Shown here: positions 1 to 15,777 of the stretch, piece by piece | How the letters are laid out: the number at the start of each line of letters is the position of its first letter | Position numbering within the stretch: position 1 is the stretch's first letter | Notes under the pieces: model-generated | Told to the model about the DNA's origin: nothing | Databases searched by the model: none | What the model saw: only the letters and a program-made list of their open reading frames with translations | Translations under genes and position numbers: made by a program | Source of the DNA: the human T2T-CHM13v2.0 reference genome, Homo sapiens | DNA: 64,000 nt | Reading direction: 5' to 3' (one strand) | Assembly (NCBI RefSeq): GCF_009914755.1 | Contig: NC_060925.1

Positions 1-29
1 ATCCAAGTCCTCCCATTCCAACTAGATGC

Positions 30-337
30 TTTTTTTTTTTTTTTTTTTTTTTTTTTTGACCGAGTCTTGCTCTGTCACCCAGGCTGGAGTGCAGTGGTGC
101 GATCTCAGCTCACTACAACCTCCACCTCCTAGGGTTCAAGCGATTCTTCTGCCTCAGCCTCCCAAGTAGCTGGGATTACAGGCATGCGCCAGCATGCCCA
201 GATAATTTTTGTATTTTTAGTAGAGACAGGGTTTCATCATGTTGGCCAGGCTGGTCTCTAGCTCCTGACCTCAGGTGATCCACCGCCTTGGCCTCCCAAA
301 GTGCTGGGATTACAACTGTAAGCCACTGCACCTGACC
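30..337 (-). mobile_element. AluS
   Basis: Poly-T plus full dimer. Confidence 0.95.
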
Positions 338-1308
338 CCAGATAGATTCTAAGACAGATTCTGACAGTTCAAAGTTCAAACTGCTCTCGAAATATAAGAC
401 TATATTTCTAAAAACAACTAAAAAAAATTAAAAACTTCAAGATTCCAACTACAGCACCATCTCTTAGTCCATTCACTTTAACAATTAACTCTTAAGTTTC
501 CTGTCATACTTCTTAATTTTCACAGTATAAAAATATTCAATTCACTAATTCAACAGTGAATATGTAGAAATTTAAAGCCATTTTAATTTCTTCATTTTGC
601 CTTAATGTAGCAACTTTAATATACTCTGTATTTTTTTTTCCTTATATCTAGATTCTCAGGAAAAGGTTTTACTTAACAGGGCCTTCTTTCATCAGCAATA
701 AGTATGAAATTAGATCTAGACCCCTTTAACTTTACTCCTGGTTCAATTCTAGCTTAACTAATTGTAGTACATTTGCTTTGCATTCCCTGAAATATTACAT
801 GGTTTTACAACAGTCAGGTTCTTTGGGTGCATCACACCTATGGCAAGAATCTACTTTGACTAATCTTGCGGATAAAAGATTGTGTTGACATTTATCCACA
901 CAATTTGTTGAATATGGGACCCCCAAAACCTAAATGAATACATACTAGATCAATCTCTTTTCAATATATTCAGACATAGTACACACCGATATTTCATAGT
1001 ATTTCCATGGTAATTCAAAGCCTAGCTAATTTAGGCTAACAAAGTTTCAGTGTTCAATTTGAGCTGTTTACTTACTTTGGCCACCTTCTCCAAAAACTAG
1101 ATTCAATCTAATAGATAAGATTTTTGCCCACACCAATAATCATTCCAAAACCAGGTATAGCAAGATGTATTAACTCAGTTGGTTTTGTTTTTGCCAAATA
1201 TTACAGCAACATTACTGGAGATCAATATTTAAGAAAAAAGAAAATCACTCATAATGCCATTGTACTAAATCAAACACTTCATCTCTATGCATACATGAAC
1301 ATAATTTT

Positions 1309-1897
<589 letters not shown>

Positions 1898-2696
1898 TAA
1901 AACAAATTCTTAAACCGGTATTACCAAGTCAAAGAATGAGCATTTTCACATCTCGATTAAATTTTAACCGAGATTTAAACATGTGTTTTCAGAGGTATGA
2001 GTAATATGAGTATTCCGGGAAATATAAAAATAAGTATTAAAATGCTGTGGTTTTTGTTTATATTAAAAAAAAAAAAAAAAGCACTAAAGAGATAAGAGAG
2101 AAGCCACATCCAATTACTGGTAAGTCCTGCCCTGGACATTGTGGGAAGTTGTAGCTCCCTGTGACAGTGAAAGTTCAGATGTCTCACCAAAGCATCTTAG
2201 TTTTTCTTTGCACTATTTCAGAATAATTATTCATAAATTATCTAAATACATGTTCTTTTCAGAAACCAGATTTAAGGATGCCAGGTACGCATTCTGATAG
2301 CCAGGACCTTAACCATTTTGTTCACCACTGTTGCACAAGGACCTCAAACAGAGCCAAGCAGGTATTAGGTACCATTTGTTAATGAGTCTGTTTAATGAGT
2401 GCTATAAAGACCGAGGGAAGTTTGAACTGACTACACATGTGTAACCTGGGAAGAATTGCTTCTTTACTCATGGTATCTTAAACTTACTGATCTACATGCT
2501 ATTTGACAAATCTCTTGGTCAGAAGCCATTTCACAGATGGAAAATAACTGCAGAGCATTAAGTACTGGGCCCCACTAGGGAAGGTGGGATTCAAATCCTA
2601 ACTCCTCTCTGAAGTCCCAGCATTCTTGCCGCACTGACTTCATAATGTCTGTCCCTCACAGACTAGCACCCTGTAGACATCGACACTCTTTGCTGA

Positions 2697-2984
<288 letters not shown>

Positions 2985-3116
2985 CTTGCTGATGTTTTGT
3001 ATTTTTCTATTTCTTCACTTTTTACATATACATGTGTCACTATAGACAAATTATTATAGAAAATATAGCTAAGACTTAAAAGTAAACACCACAATCCTAT
3101 TCCCCAGATATAATAA

Positions 3117-3451
<335 letters not shown>

Positions 3452-3485
3452 TCCTACACATACATTTTTATAAAAAGAGAAAAGG

Positions 3486-3792
3486 GGACTGACACAGCGG
3501 CTCCTGCCTATAATTCCAACACTTTGGGATGCCAAGGCAGTTAGATCACTTGAGCTCAGAAGTTTGAGATCAGCCTGGGTAACATAGTGAGATCTCATCT
3601 CTACCAAAAATGAAAAAATGAAAAATTAGCTGGGCATGGTGGAGCATGCCTGTAGTCTCAGCTACTCAGGAGGCTGAGGTGGGAGGATTGATTGGGCCTG
3701 GGAATTTAAGGCTGCAGTGAGCTATAATCCTGCCACTGCACTCCAGCCTACAGAGCAAGACCCTGTCTTAAAAAAAAAAAAAAAAAAAAAAA
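3486..3792 (+). mobile_element. AluJ
   Basis: Diverged dimer with poly-A. Confidence 0.92.
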
Positions 3793-4066
3793 GTATATGC
3801 ACAGGGAAAGCAAACAGGAAATACAACAAAATGTTAATTAAATGGTTGACTGAGTGCTGGATATTTTTTCTTTTTTCATATCTTCCAACTTCTTAACAAT
3901 AAAAAACATGGTACACAAAAGAAACATAAAAATGTAGCAGTCACTGAACTTTGTTTTGCTAAGTACAGTAAAAATGCTACTAAAGCTTAAGTATTAGAGT
4001 TTTATCTTCAGCATGTTAGCTTATACTATACTGTTAGTGAAAACTGTTAATCAAGAGGACTATAGC

Positions 4067-4364
4067 TTTTTTTTTTTTTTTTTTTGGATGAAGTCTCACT
4101 CTATCACCCAGGCTGGAGTGCAGTGGCATGATCTTGGCTCACTGCAACCTCCACTTCCCATGTTCAAGCACTTCTCCTGCCTCAGCCTCCTGAGTAGCTA
4201 GGATTACAGGCATGCGCCACCACACCCGGCTAATTTTTGTATTTTTGGTAGAGACGGGGTTTCACCATGTTGGCCAGACTGGTCTAGAACTCCCGACCTC
4301 GTGATCCGCCCGCCTCAGCCTCCCAAGGTGCTGAAATTACAGGCATGAGCCACCACACCCAGCC
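4067..4364 (-). mobile_element. AluS
   Basis: Dimer. Confidence 0.93.
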
Positions 4365-4723
4365 CAAAAGGACTGTAACTTAAAATATTTTTGCTTCTAA
4401 ATGTTGTCCCATAGTTTCTGGATACTTCATGAAAATGTTAAAAATTTGCCTTTCTTTAGGATAATTTACATTAGCTTTTAACAGCACAGTAACTTTGAGA
4501 ATGAAGGCCTACCTCAGCATGCCTAACAATAACATATGTTTCCCTCAAATAAAGACAATTAAGAGTGACAGAAGACAGATAAAAGCAAAATAAATTAGTC
4601 ATTTATTTCATCATTTCATCACCTGCGCGACTATCTGACATTTGTAAACAGAGTAAGAAAAAGGAGATGGGACAGAGAGGCCTTTTGAATTATTTGTTTA
4701 TTCATTCAAAAACAGCAAGAACT

Positions 4724-5330
<607 letters not shown>

Positions 5331-5789
5331 CTATTCTAATGTAATGAGAATGAAATAACAAACTATTCTCCCCCATCTCCAATCAAAAATTAAATCCCCA
5401 AGTCAAGTATTCCTGGGAAGTATGGAAAAATAATTTGCAATTTAAGAAGTCTATGGTTATGCCCTAACTCAATCTAAAACCTTCTAAAGTTTTGAGTTAT
5501 TCAAAATCGCATGAAAAATGTTGGCACTACAGCCACATTAATTACTGGTCGATTTCTTAACACTTAGTTTACTTGTTATAACATAATTATACAGCCTGTT
5601 ATGACCGCAAACTCCTAAATTCTCTGTGCTTCCACTCTCCTGGCCACACTCCTCTTTTACATTTAAAGCCTTCCCTTGTATCCTGGGGAACTCATTTTCC
5701 ATAATTAAACTCTCCTGCAACCTCAATCTCCTGGCATTAACTTGAAACTCCCTCTCCCCACAGTTCTCTCAAGAGAAGGCTGTTTTCTC

Positions 5790-6270
5790 ACACATTTAAC
5801 AAATATTAAGTACCTTTCAGGTACCAGGCAATGTGGAAGCACCACGTATATAGTAACAAATGCAATGTTCTGAGGTGGCACTGGGCTGGTCTTGCAGGAA
5901 CAGAGAGGAAGCCCATCTGAGTAGCAGAGTAGCATGTAATCTGAGAAAAGTTAACAGGAGAGTGGCTCTGCAGGCCTCATAGAAAGTTTGCATTTTACTC
6001 TAAGAGTAGTAGGAAGACACTGAAGCAGGCTGAAGTTTAAAACAGCAGAGTGATATTGCATGAATGATTCTAGAGGGAAATGGGTTGTATGGGGACAAAA
6101 ATGAAAATAGGGAGAAGAGCTGAGAAGTTAAAACAGTCTTAGAACAAGAGATAATGGTGGCTTGGACCTGAGTAGTGCAGTGGAAATTAAGAAAACAGAA
6201 TGGAAATATTTTCTAGATGACGACCATAGAATTTGCCAATAGACTGAAATGTGGAGAATTAAGAAAGTCT
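5790..6270 (-). mobile_element. L2 remnant
   Basis: catttaacaaatattaagtacc...ccaggca 3'-end signature followed by a purine-rich L2 body. Confidence 0.55.
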
Positions 6271-6346
6271 AGAGTTTGGGGCTAGGTGGGGTCAGTGTCC
6301 TTCCCATCCCACATACCTCCTTTCTTTTATCCTCTTGTAAAACTAG

Positions 6347-6646
6347 TTTTTTGTTTGTTTGTTTTGAGACAGAGTCTCACTCTGTTGCCCAGGCTGGAGT
6401 GCAGTGGCGCGATCTCGGCTCACTGCAAGTTCTGTCTCCCGGGTTCATACCATTCTCCTGCCTCAGCTTCCTGAGTAGCTGGGACTACAGGCGCCTGCCA
6501 CCACGCCCAGCTAATTTTTTGTATTTCTAGTAGAGACGGAGTTTCACCGTGTTAGCCAGGATAGTCTCGATCTCCCGATCTCGAGATCCGCCCGCCTCGG
6601 CCTCCCAAAGTGCTGGGATTACAGGGATGAACCACCATGCCCGGCC
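6347..6646 (-). mobile_element. AluY-like
   Basis: ccattctcctg and ccgtgttagccagga diagnostics; TSD cttgtaaaacta. Confidence 0.93.
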
Positions 6647-6699
6647 TTGTAAAACTACTTTTTTTAAGCCTCATGGCATTTGGCTATATCCCTCTCCAC

Positions 6700-7450
6700 C
6701 ACTTCTCTTGGCTGACATCCATTTACTGCCTGACCATTTCCTAAGAACACTAGAAATGGGCTCCTCTCCTCCCCACATCCTGCCATTTTTCTGAATATCC
6801 TCAAGATTTAAGTGGACCAGCCATCCATCATCATTCTGCTCCTCATTTTCTTGACCACCCTATCTCCAGCTTTATCCTGCCCTGTACCACGTCAGTCATA
6901 TCTCTCACAGGTGCACCCTAGACCTTATCAGGGTCCAACCTGCTCTATCACTGAAATGAAATCTGACATTCCACTTTGAATGCAACTTTTCTCCTTGTAG
7001 CTTCCTCATCTATTCCCACCAGAGTTGTTTTCTAAATCTCTCAGGACTTTCCTTTTCCCCTGTCCTGTCCCCTCTATCTAGCTTAGATTCCACCCCTGTA
7101 TTCAACACTCCATTTCCCACTGTTGTCCTGTCCCGCTGCCTGGCAAATCCACTCCAATTGGCACTGCGGACTATACAGTCATGGCCACTCTCAACTTGGC
7201 ACGTTTTCTCTATGCTTATTCATTGCCTGCCTAACTCCTTCTCATCTTTTAAGTCTCAGTGATTCTTAAACTAGAATAAATTTCCAACTATACACATTCA
7301 CAGCATCCTTACTTCTTTCTCCTCATTATACTCTGCTTCTGGCCCTTCTTTGTCATGGACTTTAATTAAGCTCCTTGAGGGAAGGGCCATATCTGATTCT
7401 TGATGCTATTCAGTAGCTACTAATGCCTGGCACTCAATAAATACTGTTAA
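6700..7450 (+). mobile_element. L2 remnant
   Basis: Pyrimidine-rich body ending aagctccttgagggaaggg...gcctggcactcaataaatact. Confidence 0.6.
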
Positions 7451-7486
7451 GGGAGTGATGTCATATTTTAAAAGCTGAAACATTAA

Positions 7487-7800
<314 letters not shown>

Positions 7801-9846
7801 AACAAAATTTTTATTTAAAAGGGCTAACACTGAAAATTACTCTTAAAAATTTATGCCAGTGCTTAATTTAGAATTTAAGAAGCAGAAAACCCGCTGGAAA
7901 ACACTGATTAGTATACGTCAACATGTTAAAATGTGAGGTGTCAACAATGAAGCAAATCTGTTACATATATTAATCTTATACAAATTTTTTTTTGCTAAAA
8001 ATCACCAAATGTACTAGTCAAGTTTAATCCTTAAAAATAAAAAAGTATGAGTTACATCTTAATGAGGTAATAATAAAGTATGTGCTTGCATTTAGAAGTG
8101 TCTGTACTCAAATTGTGTTTTTTGCTTGACATTCATGTACTTAAAATACGTAAGTCAAATCCCAAATACAAGCAACAAATTTTGTTTTCCTTGCTACTTA
8201 TTATTTAGAAAAGGTTAAATGGGCTAACTAACCAATGAGAAGAAAACAGTCATTAGATTATAAACACTAGCAGTAGAAAATCATGAGGCAATTTTGTTAA
8301 GAAAAATTTCAAAATATTTTCAAATTCTCTTCAATTTCTCAGTTCATTCTGTAGGCAAGTCCTGTGTTAAACTGCTTCAGAAAATGTTCCTCAATCGGGT
8401 ATGATTTCAAGATATAGTTACTATATCTTGTTAATATGTAAACACTAGAGTTGTTTATTCTTCAATCTATTGTTATATTTTAAATTTTTTCTCTAAAGTA
8501 TTCTAAGAACAGAACAAATCAAACTGCATGGTATATAAACCACCCTGACTCCATTATAGAATGTCTATTTCTGATAAAATTGTATTTCCTTTTATCTACT
8601 TATTAATACATATTAAGCAAGAATAATGCTATGACAAGAAGAGTCAAGTGTTTCAATAAATTGTTATGTTTTGGGGAAACAAAATGAGGAAGGTGGTAAT
8701 AGTAATTTCCTTATATTCATCTTTCCATTGGAAACTATAACAATAATCTGATCACAGAAATAGAAAATAATCTACCTTTTGATATTATAAAATTTGCATT
8801 CTGCAAAACACCCCAACTTTCCCAGTATGCAAATTCCAAACATTAGCATTACAAACTATACTCATTGAAAACTGCAAACAGCTGAGCCAACAGCATCAAC
8901 ACTGCTTAACTGAGGAATCACAAATAGGACATGAGAAGATTCCATTAAAAAAACAATGAGTAAAAATAGAAAACCTTCACTCCTAGACATTCAGTTAGCC
9001 CAGTTCTGCCAGTCGCCCTCTTTTATGTAACACAGGCAGGTTAGGATTCCTTGGGCTATAGATCTTTACCTATTACAGGGCATTTTCCTGTTCTCTGCTC
9101 AGCAGTCCTGAGAATGAGGCAGGCAAGTATTTTTTATATCCACTTTATGTTTATGAAAGAGGTGGCCAAGAAAGGTTTAGCAGTTTCTTCAGAATCATGT
9201 AGCTCCAAAGTCCTGGAGTCAGGACTAGAACTTAAACTGCGGGACCCCTGGGCTTGAGCTCTTTCGAGACCATGATGCTGAAACTTGGTGCCAGGCTGGA
9301 TCTTGAACACAGTGGGAAGCCTCAGGGATCTCAAACCAATCCTACATTTGCATTCTAGCTCTATTATTTCCAGTGCTTCTCTGGTGGAATTTTCCTAACC
9401 CAATTTGTTCATCTGTAAAATGAGATTAATATTACCCTGCCTTTCAATTTGTCAGAATCAAATGAGGCAAAGCCCAAAAACACTCTGACGAAGTAGGTGT
9501 TCAACAAATGATAATATACAATTCCCACAAGCAGCCTGTGGAACGTTCATAAGCAATGCCAGGTTCCTCAGGAATTATGTTTTATATGTTAGTACATTCA
9601 TTCCCATATTATAGGGCATACAACAATCAGGGGGCTCTGTTTATGCAGCTCCAAAACCCAGCATTCCAATCAATGGACTAGAGTTTCAACTTACATATAA
9701 ACCACTTTTAACAATGTAACAGGGCTCCTCCCTCCTCCGCCTTTACCAGTAGTTCCTACTGATGTGAAGCAGTAATTGTTACTCATTCACTCTGCCACAC
9801 TTGTATGCCACATAAAGATGTTACTCAGATAATGAAAACAAAATAA

Positions 9847-11013
<1,167 letters not shown>

Positions 11014-11254
11014 GCATGACTAATTTAATTTTTAAATGTTAACTATAAATATGAAATTAACATAACTAAGGAGTTTTAGTTAACTGCAAATAGATTTGTC
11101 CTCATGAAGGAAATTAGGCGGATCTCAAACCCTAAATACCACATAGTAATCCTAAATCTGTCGTCATAATTAAGCCAGAAATTATCCAGTATATACCAGG
11201 TTTATTAGAGATTTGAGTAAAACCTACTGATGCTTCTAACACTCCATTAGTGAA

Positions 11255-11551
11255 TTTTTTTTTTTTTTTTGAGACGGAGTCTCACTCTGTCGCCCAGGTT
11301 GGAGTGCAGTGGCGCGATATCAGCTCACTGCAACCTCCGCCTCCCAGGTTCGGGCAATTCCCTGCCTCAGCCTCCCGAGTAGCTGGGATTACAGGCGCCC
11401 ACCACCACGCCCGGCTAATTTTTGTATTTTTTTTAGTAGAGACAGGTTTCACCATCTTAGCCAGGCTGCTCTTGAACTCCTGACCATGTGATCCACCTGC
11501 CTCGGCCTCCCAAAGTGCTGGGATTACAGGCGTGAGCCACCACGCCTGGCC
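11255..11551 (-). mobile_element. AluS with 16-bp TSD
   Basis: TCCATTAGTGAATTTT at 11243-11258 and 11552-11567. Confidence 0.95.
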
Positions 11552-11846
11552 TCCATTAGTGAATTTTAACTTAGAATTTAAGAAGCAGTAGTAAATTCCT
11601 TAAATTAATGTACTTGTCAGATAAAAGAATAAAAAATAAAAGTGGGAATCCAGCAAGCTTAAATAATTGAATCAGATAGGCACAGTAAGTTTTTTTAAAA
11701 AAGCTTCTCACTAAAAATTGCCCATCTTTAATCACACCTAGCCTTGTATTTATTTCTTAGAGTGACTGGTCAGGTTACCTAAATATTCCAAAAGTGAGAC
11801 CTCTATGTGTCCCCCAACTATTTCAATAGTGGCATATCTTTTAAAG

Positions 11847-12275
11847 CAGAGTTTCCCTACCTCGGCATTACTGACATTCTAGGCTGCATAGTTCTTTGTT
11901 TGTTCCTAAAAACAGAGGTTTTATTGCGTTTGGTCCACAGTTGGTATTTCACCTCATTTCACGGTGCAGGGCCCCTGGGTGGGGGTCCTTGTGCAGTACA
12001 CTTGATGGGGTGTGTGGCTGGGGGAGACGGAGCAGTATAGCTGGTCAGGCCCAGGAGGGTAGGAGGGCTGGGGCTCCTTAAAACCTGATAAGCTGCATAA
12101 TTCTTTGTGATGAGGGGCTGTTCTGGGCATTGTGGCATGGCTAGCAACATCCTTGGTCTCTCCCCATTAGATGCCAGTAGCACACAGTCTGGTTCCAAGT
12201 TGTGACAACAAAAATGTCTCCAGATACTGCTCAATGTACCCTGGGAGCAAAACTGCCCCCAGCTGAGAACCACTG
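11847..12275. mobile_element. MER20 hAT-Charlie DNA transposon interrupted by an insertion
   Basis: MER20-like text: ctcggcattactgacatt...gctgcataattctttgt...tagatgccagtagcac...gttgtgacaacaaaaatgtctccaga...gagaaccactg. Confidence 0.85.
11900..12088 (-). pseudogene. 5'-truncated retrocopy (mRNA 3'-end fragment) of an unidentified gene
   Basis: Non-MER20 GC-rich insert flanked by a ~20-bp TSD; minus-strand AATAAA (11920-11925) ~20 nt before an A-rich remnant tail. Confidence 0.7.
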
Positions 12276-12753
12276 ATTTAGTTACTCGTGTGGTGTCTTT
12301 ACCCCTACAAGACCCTTGTTAAAGTGCGCATGCATTCCCTGGAAAGGTTAAATACTGATCTGTTATGAGCCCTTGCTCCATGTGATGGGTGCTTACAAGC
12401 ACTACTTTACAGATGAGGAAGTTCAGCTTCAGGAAAATGAAGTAATTTTACTTCTATTCAATGCCAAAGCCAAGATTTTAAATTAGGTCTAACTATAAAA
12501 CTTTCTACATGGTTCTTTCTGTAAGGCCTCAAGACTTCTGAATAAAGAAGGCATAATGCAGTAGTAGTTTAAAAAAAAAAAAAAACCCACAAGATTTGAA
12601 ATCACTAAGGGGTTTCACCAATTTTACCGGTGGTATGTTAGGCAAGAGCAGATCTCTTCCCTTCCTGAGCCTGTTCTTCACCAGTGACACGAAAATACTC
12701 TCATTTATAGCACGCAAGGGACTTGTGAACTATGACATACAACAGTAATTATA

Positions 12754-13056
12754 GGCCAGACACAGTGGCTCACACCTATAATCCCAGCACTTTGGGAGGC
12801 TGAGGCTGGCAGATCACCTTAGGTCAGGAGTTTTGAGACCAGACTGGCCAACATGATGAAACCCCGTCTCTACTAAAAATACAAAAATTAGCTGGCCGTG
12901 GTGGCACACACCTGTAATCCCAGCTACTCTGGAGGCTGAGGCATGAGAATCGCTTGAACCTGGGAGGCGCAGGTTGTAGTGAGCCTAGATTGTGCCACTG
13001 CACTGCACTCCAGCCTGGGTGACAGAGAAAGACTCCATCTCAAAAAAAAAAAAAAA
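12754..13056 (+). mobile_element. AluS
   Basis: Dimer with poly-A. Confidence 0.93.
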
Positions 13057-13509
13057 TGTAATGATAATAATTTTTTTAAAATACTCATGGTTGGATATCA
13101 GCACCCTAAAATCTCCTCCCCCAGATTCACTTTCCTATGTCCTTTGTGTCTTTGCTCTAATGTTACCCCTTCCAGGACTTCCCTATCTGAATAAGCACAC
13201 ATCTCGCTATCATTTTCTGGTCCCTTTTTCTGCCTAGCATTTAACCCTGACCCACATTATATGATGTATTTGTTCACTCAGCTCCTCCATTAGAATTTAA
13301 GGACATTCCATTTTGTTCTTTTCACCTTTATTACCTAGACTAATGCTGGCACATAATGGGCACCCAGGTATTTGCTCAGTGGATTAGTTTTTATAAAACT
13401 AAACCAGTGAATTTTGAATTAGGGTCCTATGGGAAGTGAATGGATTTTGATGAGAGAGGAGAAAGGAAGGCCAAGGAGAGTGTTGGAGCATAAGTGAAAG
13501 AGTTTTAAC

Positions 13510-13650
13510 ACAGTGCTTCTCAAATTCTAATGTATCCGGGGCATCTTGCTAAAATGAAGGTTCTCATTCAGAAGACCTAGGGTGAGGCTGAGACTGCATA
13601 TTTAACATACTCCTAAGTGATGCTGGTCCACTTTCATAGCCAGGCCCTAG
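13510..13650. mobile_element. MER5-type DNA transposon remnant
   Basis: cagtgcttctcaaatt...gctaaaatg...ctgagactgcatatttaaca...gtgatgctggtccac. Confidence 0.65.
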
Positions 13651-14362
13651 ACAACCAAAGAGGGCATTCAGGTAGGACCTAAACAACTTTGCACTGAGAT
13701 GCAAATCAGAGCAGCAGAGGACTAATGAGATGAATTGTTTGTTAATGAAAAGTGCATGCCATCTCTCTGTATTGCTTTCCTTTCAGCTTCTAAGGCTGAT
13801 AAGATCCAAGGAATACTTTATGGAACGACGAATCTGAAAGTCCCAGTACTAAACAATCTTATATTCACATAGCACCTTTTTCATAATGTAACAGTCATCT
13901 ATGTATGTTTTAGCTTTGTTTTGGAGGTGATATACTGAAATAATATCAAAATATATATATTTAGCTTTATCTCTAATGGCCATATAATAAATACAATATA
14001 CTAATGACTAATGTATCAGATTTCAATAGATTATGAAATGTTTTCTTTTCCACAGTCATTCTGCTTCAACAACACTTAATACTTAATGTAACACATACAT
14101 AACTTCTGAATTTGATAGCTGGTAGATTAGGAGCAGTTGAAAATCATAAGATTGAAAGTAGCTAAATGGAAGAGAGAATACATTCCAAGTAAGTGCAAGA
14201 CCAGGCAGCTGTCCATCAAGTTTCAATTTGGATAATAATGTAATTGGGACTAAAATCAAGAAGAGCCCTGAACGTCATTCATTTCCAAGTTATAAATTAT
14301 GTTTACTTACCTCTGGTAACAGTAAAATGCTTAATTTATTTTTATTACAAAAGGCAATTCTT

Positions 14363-14841
<479 letters not shown>

Positions 14842-15645
14842 TCAAATCTGTAAAGTAAAACTGTAAAATTATCTAAACATCTTTTTCATCCCTAATTTAA
14901 AATCAAGTGATGCTGTATTTATAAAAGAAAATATGATTAAAACAGATTTATTTATAAACTCCAGCTCTTAATATGCTTCAGTTTTGTAGAACAAATGGTG
15001 GCAATATCAGAATTTTTAAGATATCCATTTCCAAAGTAAGAACCATTTAAAACATTTTTGTTCCACTCTATTAAAATAATACAGAGGTGATCATTTCTAA
15101 AATTCATTTCACATACTCACAATATACTTACTATCTTTAATGTAATTTCCACCTTTTAATAGATATTTCTAGAAATTATAATCTTACGAAATGAAAAAAT
15201 TCAGTTTTCTCCAAACAACAGTTCTGACTTACATTTGAAAAACCCTAACAACTGCTCCTGTCCGACATTTGAGAGCCACCTAAAAGATGTGAAGTGGCTA
15301 TTCTTGAAAACAGGGAGAAACTGGATATTCCTTATACATATGTGAACCAAGATTTCCAAACATATCTATTCCGTGAAGCCCAATTTTCTAAGAATGTTTT
15401 TAAGAAATGAGCTTTTTCAAAACTCAAGTCAGGTTCAGGCACTGGTGTGCTTCCTATTGATAGGCTAAACTTCTTGCCTTTCTCTTCACAATCTTAATAG
15501 CTCTAAACACATTAATCTTATTTATTGCAAAGCAATGTCCCCACCATCTGCTCTTGCTAGTATTCCTCTCAAAGTGTATTTTATATATTCAGCCACCAGT
15601 AATTTGTGTTCTGAACATTTTATTAAAACACAAATACATGTATAC

Positions 15646-15777
15646 TTTATAAGCCATGCAGTTATTTAGATGATAAAGTTTATCTGTATTAAACTTGATC
15701 AGCCATGCAGTTATTTAGATGATCAAGTTTAGTACAGATAAACTTGATCATCTAAATAACTATACATGGCTTATAAA
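15646..15777. repeat. Complex inverted/direct repeat with a perfect 23-bp hairpin core
   Basis: Perfect arms 15709-15731 and 15739-15761; ~57-bp outer arms; direct repeat agccatgcagttatttagatgat at 15652 and 15701. Confidence 0.92.
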
